Shown one piece after another: positions 52,126 to 64,000 of a stretch of DNA of 64,000 bases. Under the pieces are notes generated by a model. The model had not been told where the DNA came from, made no database searches, and was given only the letters and a program-made list of their open reading frames with translations. The position numbers and the translations under genes were made by a program. Origin of the DNA: Octopus sinensis (taxonomy: Eukaryota); contig NC_043015.1 of the NCBI RefSeq assembly GCF_006345805.1, positions 29,574,001 through 29,638,000 on the forward strand. Reading direction: 5' to 3'. The stretch's first letter is position 1. Every line of letters starts with the position of its first letter.

Positions 52126-53098
52126 GGCGGCAAGCTGGCAGAATCGTTAGTACGCCAGGCGAAATGCTTGACGGTATTTCGTCTGCTGCTATGTTCTGAT
52201 TTCAAATTCCGCCGAGGTTGACTTTGCTTTTCTTCCTTTCAGGGTCGATAAATTAAGTACCAGTTACGCACTGGGGTCGATGTAATTGACTTAATCCCTT
52301 TGTCTGTCCTTGTTTGTCCACTTTGTGTTTAGCCCCTTGTGGGTAGTAAAGAAATAGAAATAGGTATTTTGTCTGCCGTTACGTTCTGAGTTCAAATTCC
52401 GCCAAGATTGACTTTGCCTTTCATCCTTTCAGGGTCGATAAATTAAGTACCAGTTACGCACTGGGGTCGATGTATTCGATTTAATCCCTTCATCTGTCCT
52501 TGTTTGTCCTCTCTGTGTTTAACCCCTTGTGGGTAGTAAAGAAATAGGTATTTCATCTGCCGCTACGTTCTGAGTTCAAATTCCGCCGAGGTCAACTTTG
52601 CCTTTCTTCCTTTCGGGGTCGATTAAATAAGTACCAGTTACGCACTGGGGTCGATGTAATCAACTTAATCCGTCCGCCTGTCCTTGTTTGTCCCCTCTAT
52701 GTTTAGCCCCTTGTGGGTAGTAAAGAAATAGGTATTTCGTCTGCCGCTACGTTCTGAGTTCAAATTCCACCGAGGCTGACTTTGCCTTTCATCCTTTCGG
52801 GGTCGATAAATTAAGTACCAGTTACGCACTGGGATCGATGTAATTAATTTAATTCCTTCATTTATTCTTGTTTGTCCCATCTATGTTTAGCTCCGGGCGG
52901 ATAGTAAAGAAATAGGTATTTCGTCTGCCGCTACGTTCTGAGTTCAAATTCCACCGAGGTCGACTTTGCCTTTCATCCTTTCGGCATCGATAAATTAAGT
53001 ACCAGTTACGCACTGGGGTCGATGTATTCAATTTAATCCGTTCGTCTGTCCTTGTTTGTCCCCCTCTGTGTTTAGCCCCTCGTGGGCAATAAACAAAT
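52126..53098 (+). mobile_element. Head-to-tail pentamer of the Nin-like SINE, diverged units
   Basis: One head, then five bodies joined by aaagaaatag-gtattt. Confidence 0.9.
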
Positions 53099-53246
53099 AA
53101 GAAATAAGTAAAAGATAAAAATGATAATTTCACAAAAGAGCAATGAAGTGGGTGTTTACGTTTTTTTACGTTTACGTTTTTACTTGTTTCAGTCATTTGA
53201 CTGTGGCCATGCTGGAGCACCGCCTTTTAGTCGAGCAAATCGACCC

Positions 53247-53346
53247 NNNNNNNNNNNNNNNNNNNNNNNNNNNNNNNNNNNNNNNNNNNNNNNNNNNNNN
53301 NNNNNNNNNNNNNNNNNNNNNNNNNNNNNNNNNNNNNNNNNNNNNN
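53247..53346. other. Assembly gap (100 N)
   Basis: Run of exactly 100 N that interrupts a SINE. Confidence 0.99.
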
Positions 53347-53738
53347 AAGTGCATCATTCAGAATTCTTAAGAAATTGAATGAATTCCCGACGTTACGTTA
53401 TCACTAAGCTAGCGTCATTGCCTTCTTACACATTCATCTCAGTTAAAACAGCAGTGTCTCCACCTTGTGGCTGCTTTTATCATTTACAAATAACTCATTA
53501 GAATATTCTTTGAATCGTGGCGAACTTTCATTGTTATCATCAATATTATCATTATAATTATTGTTCATCATCATTATTATTATTATTATCATTATTATTA
53601 TTATTTTATTATTCTTATTCTTCTCTTCTTCTTCTTCTTATCTTCTTATTATTAATTATTATTACTTTATTATTTTATTATTATTATTATTATTATCATT
53701 ATATTATTATCATTATTATTATTATTATAATATTATTC

Positions 53739-53781
<43 letters not shown>

Positions 53782-55817
53782 GATTATTATTGTTATTACT
53801 GTTATTGCTGTTTTTTGTAGGTTGTTGTTATTATTCTCATTATGATTAATATTATCATCATTTTTATCATTTTCATTATTATTAATATAATTATTGTTGC
53901 TTTATTTTTTTTTTCGTTTTTATGATGTTGCCTCTGTGTATCTGTTGGCCATATTGTACACAGAAGAAATATAACAAAACTATAACCAAAAAAAAAAAAA
54001 CGATAAAAAAAACAAACAACAAAAATAAAAAATGTCCGATAACGAAAACCGAAGATATTTTCTATTGTCACTGAAACATTTTTAATTTTTCGAATTTGCT
54101 TTTCTAAAATTAGAACGTATTAAATATGCTCTATTACCATTTTGTTTTTAAAATTATTTATTTGTTTATTTACCTTATCGTATGTATTACATTTAATTTC
54201 TTTTTCACTCAATCTAAACATGTCATCTGCACCTGGTTTCATATATCGTCTGCCTTTTCCCTCCATTTTAAATTTGTTTTGAGATCAATATTTACAAAAA
54301 ATTACAATTTTAACATGGACGAAGTTTGCTGATTTCTAATCTGGATATGGATAAATGTATTTTATCACCTTAGTTTTTCTTTTTTTTTTTCTTTTCGAAT
54401 TTTCGATTTAGGTCATGTTTTTTCTTAACTGAATTCTAAATATTAGTAGTTATAATTAGATCGCAAAAATTCTAAATACACATTTTTTAGTATTTTTATT
54501 AAAATTTTCGTTGTCAGTTATCCAGTTTCTTGCGTCTAATCATAACTCCTCTGTTGATAATCACATCAATGTCAGTTTTGTTTTTATGATTTTGGGGTCG
54601 ATACAATAAGCTAGCAACCAAATACCATTAAACTCCTCCCTACCCCACAAATTACAGGCTTTGTGTCTAAAATTAGAAAAAAAACCAAGAGAATAACAAA
54701 TATGTTAGAGCATCGGACAAAATGCTGTATGATATCTTCTGCAGTTTTGTGCGTTCTGTTTTCAAATCTTTTGTGGGTCAGCTTTGCCTTTCATCCTTCC
54801 CAAGGACTAGTGAAAATTCAATGGCGATTTAATCGAATAATTTCCCCGCCACGAATTGCCGTCCTTTTGCTTAAATTATTATTATAAGGACAGTAAGCTG
54901 GTAGAATAATTAAATCCAGGGATAAAATGCTTAGCGGTATTTTTCTGGTTATTTATGTTCTGGGTTTAAATTCCGCTGAGGTCGACTTTGCCTTTCATTC
55001 TCGAGAAGTCATTGGATGTGATCGACTCGCCGGATCTTTTCGGTTGCTGTCATAGTTTTGGAAATTTTCAAATTTGGGATAGTGATGTAATTTTTTACGT
55101 TGATCCAAATCTAGGATTCACTTATTTTCTATGTTTAGCCCCTTGTGGGCAATAAAGAAATATATATATGTTAGCTAGTTTGAGAATAATAAGATAATTT
55201 TAAGCAGTACAAGCGTTGTAGATCATCGGACATGTATCGGCAGAGCGGAGTGGAGAAGAAGTAAACAGTCTTTGCAATATTCACATGTTCCAGTTTTTGC
55301 TTGGGAATTTCAAAGGTGTTTCTTTCGCCCAACGGTGCATGACTAAAGACCGGCAACGTTCGACAATATGTTACACTATTAATTGTAATCGAATTTCTTT
55401 GAAACCCATCTGTCTCTCTCTCACTCTCTCTCTCTCTGTTGCTCTGTTGCTTCCTCTCTCTTTCACATACTTAAGCACAATCAGATAAACACACACACAC
55501 ACATACATACATAGATACATACATTCATGCATGCATGCATACATACACACACATACATACATACACATACATACATACATACATTCATACATACATACAT
55601 ACATACACACACATACATACATACATACATACATACATACATACATGCATGCATGCATACATACATACATACATATATACATACATACATACATTCATAC
55701 ATACATACATACATTCATACATACATACATACTTTAAATACTAATCTAGCCGTAACCTAGAACATGACTAAGAGCTACCACAGTATCCGTCCGGATTGTA
55801 TCGCCCTCTTAGCTCAT

Positions 55818-55882
<65 letters not shown>

Positions 55883-55887
<5 letters not shown>

Positions 55888-56418
55888 AGGATAGACAGAC
55901 GGATTAAGTCGATTATATCGACCCCAGTGCGTAACTAATACTTAATTTATCGACCCGAAAGGATGAAAGGCAAAGTCGACCTCGGCGAAATTTGAACTCA
56001 GAACGTAACGGCAGACAAAAATACCTATTTCTTTACTACCCACAGAGAGGACAAACAAGGACAGACAAACGGATTAAGTCGATTATATCGACCCCAGTGC
56101 GTAACTGGTACTTATTTAATCGACCCGAAAGGATGAAAGGCAGAGTCGACCTCGGTGGAATCTGAACTCAGAACGTAGCGGCAGACGAACTACTTATTTC
56201 TTTATTGCCCACAAGAGGCTAAACATAGAAGGGAAATCAAGGACAGACAAAGGGATCAAGTCGATTACATCGACCCCAGTGTGTAACTGGTACTTAATTT
56301 ATCGACCCCGAAGGGATGAAACGCAAAGTCGACCTCGGCGTAATTTGAACTCAGAACGTAACAGCAGACGAAATACTGCTATGCACTTTGTCCGGCGTGC
56401 TAACGTTTCTGCCAGCTC
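55883..56418 (-). mobile_element. Nin-like SINE trimer
   Basis: Three bodies with one head at the right end. Confidence 0.85.
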
Positions 56419-57199
56419 ACAACTATGCAAATCCAATGTAAACCATCATTTTTTTCATGTTAATATGATGAATAAATTCGAGCTGTTATTTCTAGCAAGT
56501 GGAAGCCAATTTTTAATGTAAATTTTTGATTCCTCGTTAAAAACACAATTACCAAACATACTCTTTTCTGTTTTATTTTCACAACTGCTAGTTGACATTT
56601 TAAGCACAAAACATTCTATTGGATGAAATAAATAGGCGGTCTTTTACGGACCCTGGATGGAAATTAAATGAATGTGGAGCGTAAGAACAAATAATGCTCT
56701 ATGCTCCGCTTTTTTGCTGTTCTTTGTAAATAGGCAGAGTGCCAGTTGTATAAAGAGAATTGGTAAAGCTAACTGAATTGTGCTTCTCAGTGGATTATTT
56801 TATCGATCTATAGGAAGGGAGAATAATAGATAAAGATTAACGACAGCTCCACCGGGATGGGATTTGAAACTAAGAATGTTATGGCACCGAACCAAATAAC
56901 TTTCTATTCTACAAAGAAAACAACAAAAATAACAACAGCAACATGAACTGGCCAGAAAGTCACTATGCGGTCGCTCAAGTTGTTAGAAATAGCAGCAAAA
57001 AGCAACAACTTGAATAAGGCTACATAGATACGTTTTTATTCAGCAGCATGAAATCTGAATGCAGCCGAACCAACTGGATGCAAATGAACACCACATAAGA
57101 TAGCCATGCAGCAGAAACGTATGTCAGACAGAGGCTTGAAGAGGATATACTGTGTAAAGAATAATAATAATAATAATAATGATAATAATAATAATGATG

Positions 57200-57253
<54 letters not shown>

Positions 57254-57254
<1 letters not shown>

Positions 57255-57745
57255 GGTCAGACATCATATTGAAAGACTTCAGACAAAAAACATGCCTCCT
57301 CATTGATATGACTGTCCCAATCGATATGAACGTATCTGTCAAGACCTACCAAAAACTGAGCAAATATAAATATCTTGAAATAGAAATTAGCAAAAGGTGG
57401 AACCTGAAGACTAAAACAATACCTGTTGTCATAGGTGCCCTGGGAATGATAGCAAAAGGGGCTGATTGCTACCTAACTCAGATACCAGGAAACCCCAAAA
57501 TGGCAGAAATTCAAAAGATAGTGCTCATGGGAACTGCTCATATCCTACGCAAAATGCTTTCTATGTAATCTCAAGGTTTAAAACAAACATAATTTTCAGT
57601 TTTTTTTTAGACATTCACTAGTACAACACCCCAAAAACCCAAATATATGGCACACTAGGCATAACAACAAAGTGAACTTCCAACCTGTTGTCTCTTGAGG
57701 TCTCTGGGTGAGACTTGGAGCCAACTTGTACAAATATAAAGCTGC
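57254..57745 (+). mobile_element. R4/Dong-clade endonuclease 3' fragment following (TAA)n
   Basis: RSDIILKD...LLIDMTVP and KLSKYKYL...IPVVIGALG; homologous to, but distinct from, 45573-46260. Confidence 0.8.
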
Positions 57746-58137
57746 AGATGTATAATTCTCCATCTTTATTTCATTTTATTGACTTGGATATACACTCATT
57801 CAACTGTTTATAATCCAACGAAGCGAGCTTAGGATTTGTCCATCGAATGAAATACATTGTGATTGCTTACTTTAAATAATCCCAATTATCCCATATTACT
57901 CAATGCTGTAAAGCATATTTTGAATAATATATATATATATTATATATAGATATTATATATATATTATCATATATAGTTCATATGGTAGGACCAGTAGCTA
58001 TTGTGTCTATATGCGTTGGTATATACATGTATATCTTGCTCTCCATCTCTCTCTCTATATATGTAACATATGGTATAATTATAAACATGGCAAATTTTAA
58101 CCATTTCTCCGTAAACTGAAAAAAAAATTACGAACAA

Positions 58138-58208
58138 TCTTAATCGATTTTCGAGACTTATTGGGTTCTCACCAGAGTTGTCTACATCATTCTGACAATC
58201 TTCAGAGA
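58138..58208 (-). ncRNA. Type I hammerhead motif with an extra hairpin between core and stem II
   Basis: tct-CTGAAGA-[TTGTC..GACAA]-ctctggt-[GAGA..TCTC]-GAAA-ATCGAT-TA-aga. Confidence 0.55.
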
Positions 58209-58224
58209 AGCAGCAGCCGAGCTG

Positions 58225-58307
58225 TTTATATACCCAACAAATGCAGCAGTTACTCTATGAAGGAGTCCCTAATTTGCATACGGAAAGTGTTTTACACTCT
58301 ATAAATA
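58225..58307. promoter_or_regulatory. Octamer flanked by divergent TATA boxes
   Basis: ATTTGCAT at 58272-58279; minus-strand TATATAAA at 58225-58232; plus-strand TATAAATA at 58300-58307. Confidence 0.4.
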
Positions 58308-58425
58308 CCAGCGGCCTCTCAATGGGGATCTTAATCTGCACAGTATCAAGGTATGATATAATATATACATACATACATACATGCATAATACAATACATAC
58401 ATACATACATACATACATACATACA

Positions 58426-58459
<34 letters not shown>

Positions 58460-58585
58460 CATACATACATACATATATATATAAGTATGCATATATATAT
58501 ATATATATATATATATAAGTATTATGTATGCATACATACATACATACATACATACATTACATACTACATACATATATATATATAT

Positions 58586-59368
58586 AATATTATTGGTGAA
58601 TTGAAGAAATGGAGCTGAACGAAGATTGCACAGAAATATATTTTTTTCTGCCACCCAACGGTTCTTACTGCAGTAGCCATTGTGTAGAGCGGCTTAACCA
58701 CTGACAACCGAGCGATCAAACGCACACACGTACACAAAAAATGTTTTCTACCCCTTGACGGAGGTTTTGCCATCCTGCGCCAGCACACATATATAGAACA
58801 GTAAACACACACATGTCTCTAAGTAGATTTTTTCTCGCCCCTTATAAAACATCCAATATTCCTTAAATAGTCAGAACTTTATTCTCGGTCACAAAGAACA
58901 TCTACACACCCTCACCCACAGGAATGACGCTGCCTGACCCGTAAAATCTTCAACCACCGGTTCTCACACATACACTGATAAACAGTTTGCCATGGGCTAT
59001 TAGGAGCCTAGTTCGATTTGTTTTGCTCCGCCTCTGTTCTGTTTTTGTTTTTTCCAACGGATTTCCTATTTCTTCCTGAAGAGAAAGACACAATATGGTC
59101 TCATTATTCAATCGGATTTTGGTAAATTGTGCCTTTCGAAACACGTGTAGAATGAAATAAAACGATTTCTGTGCAATCTTCGTTCAGCTCCATTTCTTCA
59201 ATTCACCAATAATATTTTAATTTCAATTATCCGCACCAACGCACGGTTGCAACACCATATGGTTGTACCTCCAACCGTACGTCTTCTGCTGTGATTTTTG
59301 CTACCAGGTATCGGTTTTTAAACTTTTGATTAATCTGCTACAAGATTATTCATCTTTCTATTTCACAT
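58586..59368 (+). mobile_element. Penelope-like pLTR element with 5' inverted arm, between (TA)n tracts
   Basis: Perfect 52-bp inverted repeat 58586-58637 / 59165-59216; internal hammerhead. Confidence 0.75.
59067..59159 (+). ncRNA. Type I hammerhead ribozyme with long stem II
   Basis: tatttcttc-CTGAAGA-GAAAGACACAAT...ATTGTGCCTTTC-GAAA-CACGTG-TA-gaatgaaata; core intact; predicted cut after 59149. Confidence 0.85.
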
Positions 59369-59414
<46 letters not shown>

Positions 59415-59699
59415 AGTGAGAAAGAGAGAGGGAGAGAGAGAGAGCAAGAGAGATAGAAAGAAAGAGAGAGAATTTGCATATATATATATATACATATGTT
59501 TATGTTTGCGCATATGTGTGACTTCATGCACGCGCGTGCGTGGGAAAATGTCGGCAAACACTTCTGTCTTATCATTACAATATAATATATGAAATACGAA
59601 AATTATATCACTAATACTAAACTACTTCATCTCTTGAAGCTGATGCTGACACCGCCGCCGCTATTACCACCACCACACCCCCACCCCCACCCCCACCAG

Positions 59700-59743
<44 letters not shown>

Positions 59744-60534
59744 TTACTACTATACTACAAATAATAATAATATAATAAAATAATAATAATAATAATAATA
59801 AGAAGAAGAAGAAGACGAAGGATATTATTGCTACTGCTACTACTACTATGTCCAAACAGCGAAACGACATTAAATATAATAAATGGCAACATTTTCAGAA
59901 AATAAATGTAAATTATATAGTTTCCCGAATAAAAGAATTTATAATCTAGCGTATAATGTGGAGAGAATGTATAATAGAATGGCGGAGAGTGTAGACGGGG
60001 TTTCTTAAGACCGGAAATGTTTTGGGAATTGCGGTATTAGGAACAGATTTACAGGTCGCCAGGCGCGGACAGAAATACGATTCTATGTGATTAAGTGCAT
60101 CGTTACATATTTTGTATTTAGACCATTTTTAATCCCGCATTTGTTGTTGTTGGTGTTGTTTTCGATGGTAGGTTTCCTCACGAGAGGAGAGGTTTGATAA
60201 AAAAAAAAAGAAGCCAAATCCGGGTTCAGTCCCACTGCGTGACACCTTGGGCAAGTATAGGCTTGGGACGACCAAAGTCTTGTGAGTTGATTTGGTAGAC
60301 AGAAACTGAAAGAAGCCTGTCGTATATATATATATTCGATATAGATAAAAAATATTTCATAGTATCCTTACGACCAGCTAACTGATATCATTTTACTGTA
60401 TGTATCACAGTATTTTTCAATAATATTTAATTTTCATTAGAAACAACAATTCGTAACTTTAGATTTACTCTTCAGGAACTATAAAACTGCAATCTTAAAC
60501 AAAATGCTGATAATTTGCAAAACTCTAATACAAC

Positions 60535-60930
60535 TCTTTACTCTCTTTTACTTTTTTACTTGTTTCAGCCATTTAACTGTGGCCATGCTGTCGCACCGCC
60601 TTTAGTCGAGCATATCGACCCCACGACTTATTCTTTGTAAGCCTAGTCCTTATTCTATCGGTTTCTTTTGCCGAACCACTAAGCTACAGGGACGTAAACA
60701 CACTAGTATTGGTTTCAAGCAATGTTGGGGGGATAAACACACACACATATATACATATACATATATACGACGGGCTTCTTTTCGGTTTCTGTCGACCAAA
60801 TCCACTCACAAGGCTTTGGTCGAGCCGAGGCTATAGTAGAAGACACTTGCCCAAGATGCCATGCAGTGCGACTGAACCCGGAACCATGTGGCTGGTAAGC
60901 AAGCTACTTACCACACAGCCACTCCTGCGC
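60535..60930 (-). mobile_element. CORE-like tRNA SINE
   Basis: Family match. Confidence 0.8.
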
Positions 60931-61549
60931 TAAACTAAGAAACTCTGATTACATCTATACGGCAATATAGTTGCTCCAAATATAATTGTTGAACTAAGGA
61001 GAGACTCGTGGTGGTCGATATTCCTGACAGAAATTGCAGCGAATTGTCTTTCATATCATAAAAGTACTTACTTAAAAAGAAGGTGATACAATATAATCCG
61101 AAATATACAAAATAAAAACAAAATAAAGCTAAAACAACCCACGATGGGCATAGCTGTAACGCCTATGATCTTAAACAAGTCTCATTCATCAGGGTTGATC
61201 TAGGGCTAAACGAAGACAGCAGCAGCAGTAACAACAACTCGAATTTCTAGACAGCAATCAAGAAAAGGCAATCTAAATGATTGGTAAAAATGACCTTTCA
61301 TTATCGAGCTAACAAGCAATTACATTAAAAATATTATCACACACAACGGTCCAGTTGTTTTCGTTAGTGAAGCGGGCAGAATATAAAATGATGATTAAAA
61401 CATAACGGTACCGTATCGATAAAGACGATACAGTCCAATGTCTGCCAAAACTTACAAAGTAGAAGCAAAACAGAAATACCTCTATCGCCACTTTCTTCTC
61501 GTTCTTTTTTTCTCTCTCATTCACTTGCTCTCTCTTCATTTATATATGT

Positions 61550-61780
61550 ATCTCTTTTCTTTTTCTCTTTTACTAGTTTCAGTCATTTGACTGCGGCCAT
61601 GCTGGAGCACCGCCTTTAGTCGATCAAATCGACCCCGGAACTTATTCTTTGTAAGCCCAGTACTTATTCTATCGGTCTCTTTTGCCGAACCACTAAGTGG
61701 CGGGGACGTAGACACACCAGCATCGGTTGTCAGGCAATGCTAGGGGGACAAACACAGACACACAAACCACACACACCACC

Positions 61781-61817
<37 letters not shown>

Positions 61818-61978
61818 TACGACAGGCTTCTTTCAGTTTCCGTCTACCAAATCCGCTCACAAGGCATGGTCGGCCCGGGGCTATAGCAGAAGACACTTGC
61901 CCAAGATGCCACGCAGTGGGACTGAACCCGCAACCATGTGGTTGGTTAGCAAGCTACTTACCAACACAGCCACTCCTG
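61550..61978 (-). mobile_element. CORE-like tRNA SINE
   Basis: Family match. Confidence 0.8.
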
Positions 61979-62072
61979 TTTTATGTATGTATACATACAT
62001 AATACATCTATATACTTTTATGTATATACGCGTGTGTGTATGTCTGTGTGTGCATCTCTCTCTCTCTATCTT

Positions 62073-62108
<36 letters not shown>

Positions 62109-62408
62109 ATAAAACAATTTAATAAATAAAACATATGCATACATACATACATATATGTACATACCTGCATCTATATGTATATATACATGCATATATGAGT
62201 ACAGGACACCACAAATAAACGTAGAACACAACGAGAAACGGAAACACAAAACCAAACAAGGAAACGGACTTTTTTTAACAACGAAAAAACAGAGTACAAG
62301 ACAAACAACACAAGGAACATTCCCCTTCTTCAGCTGCCCCTTCTTCGACTCAATGCGTGTTTCGACGCACGCGTCGTTTTCTTCTTCTTCCAAGTAAGTT
62401 TTATTTCA

Positions 62409-62456
<48 letters not shown>

Positions 62457-63047
62457 TGTGTACTTAAATGTCGAACGACGGAAATTAGTGCTCAACACAG
62501 CATTAGTGGATATAGTTTCTTTATTCGTGAATTAAGGCTATCTTTGGTTTCATGTTAAGAAAATTAGGAAAATGTCTTAGCGTCTTAACAATTTTTCAAG
62601 CCGATCACATGGAAAAGGGTATTCGCCTCCATTTTGGAAAACACTCTCGCTTCGTTCACAGAGTTTCTCGTAGATTCGTGTAAATAAAACAGTAACTCAA
62701 TGAATCAAGGGACGTTACTCTTGAATGGCATCTTTTGGATGTTTGTTTCCTTTGAATTTGTCGATTTTTCAGTAATACAGGGTTCACATTTTGGTACCCC
62801 TTTCCCAGTATTTTTTGGCTTTAGCAATAATTTTCCATTCTATCTGGGGGTTAGGGTTGCTTATTCTACCTTCTTTCACTGCCCATATCCATATTTTTAT
62901 TACTTTTTCTTTTGTCTTACTCGATTACGTTTTGATTGTTTTGCTAAATTTTTCTTGAGAACATTTCTTAGTGGTGAGACCGTAGCTGATCTATTTCTAG
63001 CATGAGGGTGTCCACATAGTGGTTTCCCTCTAATATATATATATATC

Positions 63048-63080
<33 letters not shown>

Positions 63081-63107
63081 TATATATACTATATATATAT
63101 ATATATA

Positions 63108-63625
63108 TGGGGCGCATGGCTTAGTGGTTAGGTTGTTGGGGTTTCGTCGATTCTTGGACCGGGCAATGCGTTGTGTTCTTTTCACTTTGCTCCAGTCCAC
63201 TCAGCTGTCAAAAATGAGTAATCCTGCAACGGACCGGCGTCCCGTCCAGGTGAAGAATTTCTACGCTACTGAAACCGGGAAACCGGCCCTTATGAGCCTG
63301 ACATGGCTCGAGAAGGAACATTTAATTGGAGGAACATGGCCTAGTGGTTAGAGCAGCGAACTTGCGTCGAGGGATCGCGGGTTCGAATTTCGGCTCGAGC
63401 GTTGTGTGTGTTTATGAGCGAAAACAGCTAAGCTCCACGCGGCTCCGGCAGAAGGTAATGGAGAACCTCTGCTGACTCTTTCGCCACAACTTTCTCTCAC
63501 TCTTTCCTCCTGCATCTTGCAGCTCACCTGCGAGGGACCGGCATCCCGTCCAGGTATGGGAACCTATACGCCAGCGAAACCGGGAAACCGGCACTATGAG
63601 CCAGGCATGGCTTGAGAAGGAACAA
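63108..63625 (+). mobile_element. Two adjacent tRNA-derived SINEs sharing a 3' tail
   Basis: Heads tggcttagtggttag and tggcctagtggttag...gggttcgaattt; both end gaaaccgggaaaccggc...atgagcc...catggct.gagaaggaaca. Confidence 0.75.
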
Positions 63626-63629
63626 ATAA

Positions 63630-63670
<41 letters not shown>

Positions 63671-64000
63671 CCGTTGATTTCCTATATTAAATATGATGCA
63701 TGCACACTAAAAAATTTTCCATACTTTAAAACATGTTTACAAGTTATATTGAATTATGGCAGTGTTGTCCTTTACTTATATTTTCTATTTATTGCATATT
63801 ATCATGTTTCTGTTCTTTTTCAATCTTTATTTAAACTGGTCTTCATTTACACCTTTGCCTATTTTCAGATTTCTTTCCCTGTGAAACTCAGCAGATGTTA
63901 AGAGCTAAATAGTTTATTTAGAATCCAGTTTCCATCACGAAAGATACTAAACGAATTACTAATCTCCATTTAGGAGAAACCCAACCACATTATGAGATCT

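Overview
AT-rich, microsatellite-dense eukaryotic DNA, inferred to be coleoid cephalopod (Octopus-like) from its SINE families and repeat landscape. There is a 100-N scaffold gap at 53247-53346. The only host gene I can support is two coding exons of a mitochondrial L-threonine 3-dehydrogenase (TDH)-like SDR on the + strand (46963-47107, 50937-50979). Almost all ORF-track entries are microsatellite or SINE artefacts. The rest is mobile DNA: a near-intact DD35D pogo/Passer transposon, non-autonomous Helitrons, Merlin-, hAT- and piggyBac-like MITEs, CR1-type and R4/Dong-type LINE fragments, an RTE-derived bipartite element, a Gypsy-like RT remnant and several tRNA-SINE families. The most striking signal is about ten type I hammerhead-ribozyme motifs. 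They lie in several unrelated small Penelope-like or retrozyme-like elements, mostly next to (TA)n and often with a 5' inverted partial copy. Some of these elements carry promoter modules (octamer+TATA, or tandem CCAAT+CRE). A second signal is a Nin-domain-like SINE that appears to prime at GTATTTC, a motif it contains itself, and forms head-to-tail arrays. All folds and alignments were read by eye, so element boundaries are approximate unless a TSD or terminal motif is quoted.
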